64,000 nucleotides of DNA from TPA_inf: Saccharomyces (lineage: Eukaryota), in NCBI GenBank assembly GCA_000146045.2, contig BK006935.2, forward strand, positions 160,001 to 224,000, given 5' to 3'. Numbering within the stretch: the stretch's first letter is position 1; every line of letters begins with the position of its first letter. Both the position numbers and the translations under genes were made by a program. The notes below the pieces were generated by a model. The model saw only the letters and a program-made list of their open reading frames with translations. It had not been told where the DNA came from and made no database searches. Positions 32,619 through 43,402 of the stretch are shown piece after piece.

Positions 32619-35600
32619 ATGGAACAACCTGATCTATCGTCTGTGGCCATCAGTAAGCCGCTGCTGAAGTTGAAACTTCTCGACGCCCTTCGCCAGGGAA
32701 GTTTCCCCAACCTACAAGATCTCCTAAAGAAACAATTCCAGCCGCTAGACGACCCAAACGTCCAACAAGTGCTCCATCTCATGCTCCACTATGCCGTGCA
32801 AGTCGCCCCCATGGCTGTCATAAAGGAAATCGTCCATCATTGGGTCTCAACTACAAACACCACTTTTCTAAACATCCATCTTGATCTAAACGAACGGGAC
32901 TCCAACGGCAACACCCCATTGCACATCGCCGCCTACCAGTCCCGCGGTGATATCGTAGCCTTCCTCCTGGACCAACCAACCATCAACGACTGCGTGCTCA
33001 ACAACTCCCACTTGCAGGCCATCGAAATGTGCAAGAACCTAAACATCGCGCAGATGATGCAGGTGAAACGCTCCACATACGTTGCAGAGACCGCCCAGGA
33101 ATTCAGAACAGCTTTTAACAACAGGGACTTCGGCCACCTAGAATCTATCCTCTCCAGCCCTCGAAACGCAGAACTGCTCGACATCAACGGTATGGACCCG
33201 GAGACTGGCGATACCGTTCTGCACGAATTCGTCAAGAAAAGAGACGTCATCATGTGCCGTTGGTTGCTTGAACACGGTGCTGACCCCTTCAAGAGAGACC
33301 GCAAGGGCAAACTGCCCATCGAGCTCGTTAGGAAAGTCAATGAAAACGACACCGCCACCAACACCAAGATCGCCATCGACATCGAACTGAAAAAACTATT
33401 GGAAAGGGCCACCAGGGAGCAAAGTGTCATCGACGTCACAAACAACAACTTGCACGAGGCCCCCACTTACAAAGGCTACCTGAAAAAATGGACCAACTTC
33501 GCTCAAGGCTACAAATTGCGTTGGTTCATCCTTAGTAGCGATGGGAAACTATCCTACTACATCGATCAGGCCGACACTAAGAATGCCTGCAGGGGCTCCC
33601 TAAACATGTCTTCGTGCTCTCTGCATTTGGATTCGTCTGAAAAGTTGAAATTCGAAATTATCGGCGGTAACAACGGTGTTATCAGGTGGCATTTAAAGGG
33701 GAACCACCCCATCGAGACAAATAGATGGGTTTGGGCCATCCAGGGCGCCATAAGATACGCAAAGGACAGAGAAATTTTGCTGCACAATGGCCCCTATTCG
33801 CCTTCTCTGGCCTTAAGCCATGGCTTGTCATCCAAAGTGTCCAATAAAGAAAACTTGCATGCAACTTCAAAACGGTTGACCAAGAGCCCGCATCTGTCCA
33901 AATCCACACTGACACAAAACGATCACGATAATGACGATGACAGCACTAACAACAACAACAACAAAAGTAATAATGATTATGACGATAATAATAATAATAA
34001 TAATAATGACGATGATGATTATGATGATGATGATGAAAGTAGACCCCTCATAGAACCATTACCGTTGATTTCATCCAGAAGCCAAAGCTTAAGCGAAATC
34101 ACTCCCGGTCCACATTCTAGGAAGTCTACAGTCTCGTCTACAAGGGCAGCCGATATACCATCAGATGATGAGGGTTACTCTGAGGACGATTCTGATGACG
34201 ACGGTAACTCCTCTTACACAATGGAAAACGGCGGTGAAAACGATGGCGACGAAGATCTAAATGCCATTTATGGTCCCTATATTCAAAAACTACACATGCT
34301 ACAAAGATCCATTTCCATCGAGTTGGCATCTTTGAACGAATTGCTGCAAGATAAACAACAACACGATGAGTACTGGAACACCGTCAACACTTCTATTGAA
34401 ACCGTCAGCGAATTTTTCGACAAATTAAATCGGTTGACCTCTCAAAGGGAAAAAAGAATGATTGCCCAAATGACCAAGCAACGGGATGTTAACAATGTTT
34501 GGATTCAATCGGTAAAAGATCTGGAAATGGAACTGGTTGATAAAGACGAAAAATTGGTTGCCTTGGATAAAGAACGGAAAAATCTGAAAAAAATGCTTCA
34601 AAAAAAATTGAACAATCAACCACAGGTTGAAACTGAGGCTAATGAAGAATCCGATGATGCAAATTCAATGATAAAAGGATCCCAAGAATCAACAAATACC
34701 CTTGAGGAAATCGTAAAATTTATCGAAGCAACAAAGGAAAGTGATGAGGATTCTGACGCCGACGAATTTTTCGACGCAGAAGAAGCTGCTTCCGACAAAA
34801 AAGCCAATGATTCGGAAGACTTAACCACAAACAAGGAGACTCCAGCTAATGCGAAACCACAAGAAGAAGCTCCTGAAGACGAGAGCCTTATTGTGATCAG
34901 TTCTCCACAGGTGGAAAAGAAGAACCAACTATTAAAAGAGGGATCATTCGTCGGATATGAAGACCCAGTGAGAACCAAACTGGCTTTAGACGAAGATAAT
35001 CGTCCCAAGATTGGTCTCTGGTCTGTTTTAAAGTCTATGGTCGGTCAAGACTTAACCAAACTAACTCTACCGGTATCGTTCAATGAGCCAACATCCTTAC
35101 TACAGAGAGTATCTGAAGATATTGAGTATTCTCATATTCTTGACCAAGCTGCCACTTTTGAAGACTCCTCTTTAAGAATGCTATATGTAGCTGCCTTTAC
35201 TGCATCAATGTACGCATCTACCACTAACAGAGTGTCTAAACCATTCAACCCCTTACTCGGTGAAACTTTTGAATATGCCAGAACTGATGGTCAGTACCGA
35301 TTCTTCACCGAACAAGTCTCTCACCACCCACCTATCTCTGCTACTTGGACAGAATCGCCCAAATGGGATTTTTACGGTGAATGTAATGTTGATTCGTCAT
35401 TCAATGGGCGCACGTTCGCCGTGCAACATTTAGGATTATGGTACATTACTATCCGGCCTGATCATAATATTAGTGTTCCCGAGGAAACTTATTCCTGGAA
35501 AAAACCAAATAACACTGTTATCGGTATTTTAATGGGGAAACCACAAGTAGACAACAGTGGGGACGTCAAAGTCACAAACCATACCACAGGCGACTATTGT

Positions 35601-36185
35601 ATGCTGCATTACAAAGCCCATGGCTGGACCTCAGCCGGTGCATATGAAGTCAGAGGTGAAGTATTCAACAAGGACGATAAAAAATTATGGGTTCTTGGTG
35701 GGCATTGGAATGATTCCATTTACGGGAAAAAAGTAACTGCTAGAGGCGGAGAACTGACATTAGACAGAATAAAAACGGCAAATTCTGCCACGGGAGGACC
35801 AAAACTAGATGGGTCTAAGTTTCTGATATGGAAAGCAAATGAAAGGCCTTCAGTGCCATTTAATTTAACGTCGTTTGCATTGACTTTGAATGCTTTGCCA
35901 CCCCACTTGATACCATATTTAGCACCCACAGATAGTCGTTTAAGGCCCGATCAAAGGGCTATGGAAAATGGTGAATACGATAAAGCTGCCGCGGAAAAGC
36001 ATCGTGTTGAAGTAAAACAAAGGGCAGCAAAAAAAGAAAGGGAACAAAAAGGAGAAGAATACAGACCTAAGTGGTTTGTCCAGGAGGAGCACCCCGTTAC
36101 CAAAAGTCTATACTGGAAATTTAATGGAGAGTATTGGAACAAAAGAAAAAATCATGACTTTAAAGATTGTGCTGATATTTTCTAA
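32619..36185 (+). CDS. SWH1: Oxysterol-binding protein homolog with N-terminal ankyrin repeats, a PH domain, an FFAT motif and a C-terminal OSBP-related (ORD) domain, 1188 aa
   Basis: Ankyrin repeats (NGNTPLHIAAYQSRGDIVAFLL; GDTVLHEFVKKRDVIMCRWLLEHGADPF). A PH domain (YKGYLKKWTNFAQGYKLRWFILSSDGKLSYY). An FFAT motif at about 34761-34781 (DEFFDAEE). The OSBP signature EQVSHHPPISA. A poly-Asn/Asp tract at about 33937-34035. Confidence 0.9.
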   Translation: MEQPDLSSVAISKPLLKLKLLDALRQGSFPNLQDLLKKQFQPLDDPNVQQVLHLMLHYAVQVAPMAVIKEIVHHWVSTTNTTFLNIHLDLNERDSNGNTPLHIAAYQSRGDIVAFLLDQPTINDCVLNNSHLQAIEMCKNLNIAQMMQVKRSTYVAETAQEFRTAFNNRDFGHLESILSSPRNAELLDINGMDPETGDTVLHEFVKKRDVIMCRWLLEHGADPFKRDRKGKLPIELVRKVNENDTATNTKIAIDIELKKLLERATREQSVIDVTNNNLHEAPTYKGYLKKWTNFAQGYKLRWFILSSDGKLSYYIDQADTKNACRGSLNMSSCSLHLDSSEKLKFEIIGGNNGVIRWHLKGNHPIETNRWVWAIQGAIRYAKDREILLHNGPYSPSLALSHGLSSKVSNKENLHATSKRLTKSPHLSKSTLTQNDHDNDDDSTNNNNNKSNNDYDDNNNNNNNDDDDYDDDDESRPLIEPLPLISSRSQSLSEITPGPHSRKSTVSSTRAADIPSDDEGYSEDDSDDDGNSSYTMENGGENDGDEDLNAIYGPYIQKLHMLQRSISIELASLNELLQDKQQHDEYWNTVNTSIETVSEFFDKLNRLTSQREKRMIAQMTKQRDVNNVWIQSVKDLEMELVDKDEKLVALDKERKNLKKMLQKKLNNQPQVETEANEESDDANSMIKGSQESTNTLEEIVKFIEATKESDEDSDADEFFDAEEAASDKKANDSEDLTTNKETPANAKPQEEAPEDESLIVISSPQVEKKNQLLKEGSFVGYEDPVRTKLALDEDNRPKIGLWSVLKSMVGQDLTKLTLPVSFNEPTSLLQRVSEDIEYSHILDQAATFEDSSLRMLYVAAFTASMYASTTNRVSKPFNPLLGETFEYARTDGQYRFFTEQVSHHPPISATWTESPKWDFYGECNVDSSFNGRTFAVQHLGLWYITIRPDHNISVPEETYSWKKPNNTVIGILMGKPQVDNSGDVKVTNHTTGDYCMLHYKAHGWTSAGAYEVRGEVFNKDDKKLWVLGGHWNDSIYGKKVTARGGELTLDRIKTANSATGGPKLDGSKFLIWKANERPSVPFNLTSFALTLNALPPHLIPYLAPTDSRLRPDQRAMENGEYDKAAAEKHRVEVKQRAAKKEREQKGEEYRPKWFVQEEHPVTKSLYWKFNGEYWNKRKNHDFKDCADIF

Positions 36186-38477
36186 GCTGTGCAATGTAGT
36201 CACAATAACACTCGTTCATTTGTATCCATTGCGAATGCCGGTACATCGGAAAACAGGATAGGACCTATTTAATTATATAGTATGAAGTATTCATAACTTC
36301 TTGAGGCATCAATACATCATATTCCATGAGCTGCGTGGCATTCATACTCATTGATTTAAAGGTTTTTTATTTTCATGGAAAAGATTAACCGGGCTGAACG
36401 AAATATATTAAAGATGCTAAAACTTATGCTTTCATTGACTTTCAATAGTGTCCACTAACCAAAAAAAAAAACTACTCTAACAAGGGATCCCCATGGATTC
36501 AAAGCCGATACCAAACAGATATTACTCTGCATAGAATTCAAAATATTATCCATATAAAGATGGGAAAGAATTCCAAAAGGAAAATTCTGCTCTAGAAGGT
36601 CACAAAACTAGTAAGAAGTTGACCCCCCTGCCATTAAAAAACGTTTTTAACAGCTCTAGCAATATTCTAATTTCGAAAGTGCTCTCAAAAGAATTTATTC
36701 ATTTGCGAAAAAAAGAATATCTCAAAATTTTCTCGATCACGTACAACATCGTAGTATTTAAAGGATTATTAAGTCAACGAATAATTTCCACAAGAAAGGT
36801 ACCTCTAGTTTTGGTGATGAAGCAAGACAATAACTGGCAAGGGCTCTCACTAAATATCAACCCCTTTCAAATAAAAAAAGGATCATGGCTGGCAGCGCCC
36901 ACAACAATTAAACTCTGTTACTATCAAAAAACATTGAGCCCAAGAATGGAATAAAATTTTCACTACACCTCGGACATGGATTTGTACATGTCCTATTATC
37001 CTGTAATTTTGACATATACTGATATGGACCTCTTGTTTCGTATAAATCGCTATTTATTTCCCCAGATAACTAAAGAAAATCCTTCAACCCAGCGTTCTAT
37101 ATTACTATATTCTCAACCCGCCGTTTTCCTGCTGTGCGATAATTCTCATTCAATACTACCATTTCAAACCTAGAAAAGGGTGTCTTTATTAAAACTGTAA
37201 GAAAATTTTATCATGAACTCTGATGAAAAGTCTTCGGAAGATCAACTTTTTGATTTTTCAAAAATGAAAGAAACTGTTGTCTCCATTTATGGCCTCATAT
37301 CTGAAGGAAATTCGTCTGCTATTAGTCATACCACTATCTTCTTCTTGAAGCTGCATTTCAAGGTTGATTAGGAAGCATCTAACAATCATTCGATAGGGAA
37401 AACAGAAAGGCCGTTACAGTTTTTTAAAAATATCAATATCAAGAGAAAGAACTAGGGATATTGCAAAATCAAAACTTCTGATATTTGGTTTTACGTGAAA
37501 ATTACCAACACTTAAACGTTAAAATTTCAAACTATCTACTGAAATATAAATTTTCAGTCAAAGAGATGAAACGATTATTTTCTTGAGTAATTCGTTGTCA
37601 CAATTTAACAGAAAATTACTGTTTTTTTCAAGTAGTTCACAAAGATACTCAAACTAAGATCATGGAGACGTCGGCAAGCAATTGATTGTTAGTGATTATC
37701 AAAACTCATTAGCTTCGGTAAAACTACATAGATTGAAAATCAGTAGTAACATACAACATGGTTTCCATGAGATTACAAACCGGCCAACCTAATGCTTTCA
37801 AAAATTCTTTGCTTACTGATTCACGGTGGCCAAGAAGCATATAAATCTGTACTTTGCAGTAAAAAACAGATGGTATTGCTCATTCCCAGCGATTGCCAAA
37901 TACGATTCATAACAGATTGACTTATCTTTTTCGAAAGCTCTATCATATGGCTTTGAGTAATAAGGTGAGATTTTTTTGGTGATGAAAATAAATACGGTGC
38001 CTTGATGCAAAATTTTTAGCCACAAACCTCTCTTCAGTCCCACATGATTCACCTGATTACGACTCACTATTTCATCTGTTCCATAAATCTCGGCTTTTTA
38101 TATACAGAACATTAGACGACGGGAAGAGAAAAACGTCAGTATAACCCACTTTTGTTCGTAAAAAAAGGTTATTCACTTCTACTCCGTACTAATCAATGAC
38201 TTTAATGGTGAAACCATGATGAGGAGAGTAACACGATGTAATTGTCATAAACTAATATTATCCCATATTAGTTTACTGACGGCTACAAGTGAGAATATAT
38301 ACTTTAAGAGTGTAACCATACCAGTAATTGGGTTCCAAACAAGTTTGTGAGGCGCGTGTGCTGAAAGTAAAAAAAACTTACCTTAATAACGCAATTTCTG
38401 GCGAGGTTAAAATATTAAATATAAAAAGCCTTCCAAGTAATTTTGCCCACTAAAATGTAACACAAAGCTCCACTGGT

Positions 38478-38790
38478 TCTCGGCTTCTTGTTCTTTCAAA
38501 AGGATCTTCAAATCCGCTTCCACTTAAGCAGCCTTCTGCTACGACTTCTTCTGAGACACTCGGTTTCGCGCGGGCACTTCTGCCCACCAAAAAAGTTTAT
38601 TTTCCGGAAAGCTTATTTCTAAATAAACTTCTGAGGAATTTTTTTTCCGCAAATTTCCATGCAACGTCGAACTCTCAAATTCTCACGAGATTATTTGACT
38701 TGCTTTCCTTTCCCCCTTTTTCCACGCACTACGTCAATGCAAGTGATCCGCTTTTGAAGAAGCAAAAAATACTTCTTTCAGCTCGTACCG
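38478..38790 (+). repeat. Copy A of a ~350-bp dispersed repeat shared with 51010-51232 and 57248-57612
   Basis: ttcttgttctttcaaaaggatcttcaaatccgcttccacttaagcagccttctgctacgacttcttctgag… aligns to 57255-57330 (ttcttgttctggaaaggatcttcaaatccgcttccacgtagcagtcctcgctacgacttcttctgaag). The alignment continues through …ctcacgagatt(a/t)tttgac…ctttttcc… to …gatgaagcaaaa…. Confidence 0.6.
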
Positions 38791-39340
38791 GCATTTTTAT
38801 TATTTGTCAAAACTGGCGTTTGGAAACCAGCTCTTCACTTTTTCTTCGTGGTTTCTTCGTGGTTTTTTCGAGAGTTTTGTTTAAGCCCCTTTTATGGATG
38901 CATGAGAAAAAAAAAAAGGTTTGCTACAACCATCTCAGGTCTCTTGAAGGATAGTTCGAAGCTCGCCTGACCGTCTTTGGGTGACCAGGCTTGGTTTTCA
39001 GTTTTTTTTAGCTCATTGAGATATGTGATCCCGTTCCTAGATATTATGAGGGAATTTTATATATCAAATTGATTTTCACCGCGAATTCCAGAAGGATGGG
39101 CAAAAGAGGGCTTGTTGGCGTGGGAGGATGGTCGCGGCTGAAAATTTTCACCACGAGCAGTTTCTTGTGAGACATCCTAATACTTTTGCATTTTTACCAA
39201 GCAGTCGTCCGTAGCAAAGCATAGGTTAGTAATAACAATGTGCAAATAAAAAACTATCTTACAGGCAATTATTTTGTGGCAAAGCAAGGTCCATGTTTTC
39301 TTGAAAGGTAAGAAGTGGCTTTGGGACAGCTCATATAGAC

Positions 39341-39688
39341 AGATTTAAGTTTTTGATCTGAGAAGCGAATGAAATGTCTTCAGTATCATTCAATTTAGCA
39401 TCCTTTTCATTGACTTTGAATGTTTTACCGCCCCAATCAATGCCATAATTAGCACCCCATGGATGGTCGTTTAAGGCCTGAAGAGTTATGGAGCATTGTG
39501 AATAAAATAAAAAATTACTTAGGAAAAGCATCGTGTTGAAGTAAAGCAAAGAGCAGCAAAAAATAAATGGAGTAAATATGAGAGAAATACAGATCAGAAT
39601 GGTTCGTTCAAGAGTCCATACTATAAACCCGATGGTGACTTTTGCACAAAAAAACAATGGTTTCGAAGATTGTGCTCATATTTTCTGA
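39341..39688 (+). pseudogene. Decayed duplicate of the last ~115 codons plus the stop of SWH1 (an OSBP-homolog C-terminus), same orientation, riddled with stops
   Basis: Alignment to 35810-36185: …tcattgactttgaatgttttaccgcccc… against …gcattgactttgaatgctttgccacccc…, and gaaaagcatcgtgttgaagtaaagcaaagagcagcaaaaaa against gaaaagcatcgtgttgaagtaaaacaaagggcagcaaaaaaag. Both end with the same terminus, ttcgaagattgtgctcatattttctga against ttaaagattgtgctgatattttctaa. Translated in the SWH1 frame it reads FLI*EANEMSSVSFNLASFSLTLNVLPPQSMP*LAPHGWSFKA*…KNNGFEDCAHIF*, against SWH1 FLIWKANERPSVPFNLTSFALTLNALPPHLIPYLAPTDSRLRP…KNHDFKDCADIF*. Confidence 0.7.
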
Positions 39689-39908
39689 GCTCAACATATG
39701 CTCGCAAAAACACCTACTAATTGATGTTTACCAAGAACGCGAGTACAGTCATATATAGATGTAGTAGAGTTGAGATATTCTGAATCGGAAGTACGATATT
39801 TCAATTCCTATATTGCAAAAATTTATATATTTGGAGCTTCTTGAAAGAAAAAGTGTCCAACATCCTGCATGAAGTTTGATCACTTTAGCTGGTCCCATTC
39901 GAAGAACC

Positions 39909-39929
39909 TTTTTTTTTTTTTTTTTTTTT
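39909..39929. repeat. Poly(dT) tract of 21 T
   Basis: cc + t(21) + gagattc, located just downstream of the OSH C-terminal relic. Confidence 0.9.
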
Positions 39930-42900
39930 GAGATTCTTCATATTCTGTTATTAAATTTTTAGACTTTAATTTTTACTTTCTATGTAACGTTCACTCTTAC
40001 CCTAAATATTAAACTATTTGATAAAATATTACACTGAAAGGTGTTACAACTTTTCCTAGACCAACCTTAATATAAACGTTACGATATAAAATAAACAGTA
40101 ATTTTAAGATTCCATTGTTGAATGTGACACGTAACTCTAGGCCATACCTGGTTTAGTATTTTTTAAAAGAACTCTTGCTACAGCATATTTTACGTTTGCA
40201 TAAAAATAAAAGAAAAGCTTCCTTATGAAACACTGGTTAAGAAAAGAAAATGGAGTGGTTACATACTCCAAAATAAATTACTCTTAATATCTGTTTATCC
40301 AATGAGGAGCAGATCTCAAAGATAATCAGACTTGTTATTGAAGCAATTGAAGTAAGTCTTCCATTGAAATCACGCTAATTATTAAGCAATATGGTGGATT
40401 AAACAACTCTGACGGGACCGTACTACTTGATGAAAAGTTATATACAATATTGAATAACAGCATAATGCTGTATGATGTTGAGCGGAAGATTGTATAAAAA
40501 TGTCCTTTTCTAAAATCATGAAAAACGAACCCTTTAAAGTAATTTTGTAGCGAAATTTAACCTCACGAGTTCATGATCATAACTCGTTATCATTTTTGTA
40601 ATATTGAATCGGTCTCTATAGAGCCTCATGAGAAGATAGAGGACCCGAAATAATTCTCCCTTCAAACATTATGGCCAATAAGTGTCAGGAAGTGAAGCAT
40701 TGACATGACAGCAGCACATTAAAACTCTATTGAATATAAATACGATCCACGACATGTCGTTTACAAAGCGCTAAAAACTCATGAGCCAACTATTCCCTAA
40801 ATTTCCAAGATCTATCATATATTTTTCCCTAATTTTCCAAGAGGAACCTCCATAAAATAATGCAGAAAAACATTTGTTTGATCTATTTTAAAAGGCATAT
40901 CGCATGTTATAGTGAATCTGAAGATTGCTTCTCTCGTCAGTATTAATGCACTATATTACGTTTCAAATAATTCGTAGATTGTCTCAAGTTTTCAGTATAT
41001 TTGCCTTCATGACCCACCGGTCCTCTTCCCTCAAGTGCTCAACGATGGGAGCTTCAGAAAAATCCAGCAGCATAGTTGAGTTCTGATTCTCTCCTTGGTA
41101 GTTTTTTCCTTTGGTGATTTCGGATTCATAATGAAAATGTTTCGTATATTCTATGACTAAAGTTGTTATTGTTGTAAGTATTTCTGCTTCCTCTTGCAAC
41201 AATTCCGCTCCCACTTATAATGCACCGAGGTGAATTGGTCATCCTTACGAAAATACCCAGATAGAAATGGAGTAGTTGCGTGATCGTTTACTGCATCTTT
41301 TGCGCCTTTTAATCAATCTTGACGTGGATATCTTGTTTTGCTTGAACCACCACCTGTATTGCTGGTATAAATCACCATATTAACCATCGTTTTCAATCAA
41401 CGCAACTTTTAGTGTATTGTCTGCAACATCTGATTTCCCTCTGGTAAGTCACCTAATCTAAAATCTCTATTTTGAATCCACGGAGACATACGTTTGAAAG
41501 ATATAAAAGAGTTCATTGAAAAGTCTAGCGTCACAACTGACATTAAAATACTTAAATATGAACCAAAATTTTTTGGCTTTTATTTTCAATGCAATCATTA
41601 TCTGCCTATACAGGAAACGCTTTATTTGGCTCAATAATATGATCATGTTTGTCTGAAGTTGGCAATAAAAGAAACTAAGAAGAGCCACTAAACTTATTTT
41701 ATGATATGGGAAACACAGAAAACACTCCAAAAATTTTGGTACAAGAACCTGAAAATAGAACAAAGAAAGAGGCGAGGTTTGGTACATCTAATTTACGTGA
41801 CCTAGACGTTGCTCACCTTATGTTAATAGCTTATCAGAATTACAAGTAATTACTTGTAGGAACATCCTCTACTAGTGAATATGAAAGAGCAGAGGTTAGC
41901 TCCGTCTCAACCAATTTTGTACAAGTCGTTGAAAAGGACGGCTCTACTGTAGACAGGTCGATTCAAAGTCTGGTCTCAAAATAGAAGGTAAAATATTATT
42001 GAACAAAAGACCACTAAAAGGCTATGGTATGTCCAATAAGATGCAAAATAGACATTTCACTCGCTAATCGTTAGTGGGATTATATCTTACTATACTCCTT
42101 ATCTCATTGAATGGCACTAGTCGATCGAGGAACAAAAAAGGATCGAACCGATTAGCACGGATTTCCTTAAGTAATTTAAATTACCAAAGAAGATCCACAT
42201 CAGCAGTCGAATGTTCAAGATGCCGTAAGTTTAAAATCTTTCGTATCTTTCCCCGATCCTGTCTTTCATCAATGAACTTGAATATCAAGAGTGAAAAAAA
42301 CTCATATGGCTTCTCTTGAAGAGTTAGAAAGATAGGCACATGCCAATTGTGTGCATAGCACTTACTACTCAACGATTTCACAACCTAGCATAATACGCGA
42401 AAAAAAAAGTGCATTTATTTAGGTAAGTCTCATTACCTAAACGCCAGTTTGTTTCACGTAATTGGTAACGATGAGGGAACCGCAGTAGAAAAAACTTTCA
42501 TTCACAAACGATTAAAGTGTTATGCTAGCCAGTTTCAGGCTTTTTGTTTTATGCAAGAGAACATTCGACTAGATGTCCAGTTAAGTGTGCGTCACTTTTC
42601 CTACGGTGCCTCGCACATGAATGTTATCCGGCGCACGATACTTATCACCGAAAAACCTTATTCTACGGAAAACCTTATTTACATTAAAGTTGGAAAAATT
42701 TCCTCTTTTTCCTAATAAGGTGGAGCTTTTGGCTTCCAGTATGCTTTCACGGAATTATTTCTCATGTACATTTAGCTCCATTTCCAGTGCCTCCGATAGG
42801 GAGGCATCATGGTACTACCGTGACGGAGAATACGTAGGCTGACTTTTTCGTCAGTTTGTTGTCCGTTTACAAAATTGGTGAATGAATTCTAGCCTTCCTC

Positions 42901-43402
42901 TGCTCATTAATTGCCCTCACAAGAATTTGGAAGTGCGTAGAACAGGTAAAAGATTGTACTACAGAGGTATTGTGGAACCTTCTACAGTACTTCGGAATAC
43001 ACCTAAAAGGTTGTTGGATGCTAAATTTAGCAAAAGTCTTTTTTAGCTCACTATTAGGCTTGTTAAAGTCTGAAATTGTTGAAAGGCACTCAAAAAGATA
43101 AATCAACAATCAGCATTAACGGCACAGTTGAAAGAGTCACCCACTTGAAATTAGCTCGGTTATCAAATATAATTATCTCTGGTAAAGAGCTCTGCAGCAG
43201 GGTTAATCTATTCGCATACTTACGCTGTAGGAACATTTTATTATTAGGATCCGACTACTGCCTACATATTTATTCGGAAGGCATGATGTCGAAAATTTTT
43301 GAGCTTATAAAAGGAACATATTTCACTCTTGCTCGTTTGATGTAAGCTCTCTTCCGGGTTCTTATTTTTAATTCTTGTCACCAGTAAACAGAACATCCAA
43401 AA

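Noticed and set aside
39331-39657. A 108-aa minus-strand ORF.
   Set aside because: It is the antisense of the decayed SWH1 C-terminal duplicate. The plus strand carries the recognisable, stop-riddled homology, so the minus-strand ORF is coincidental.
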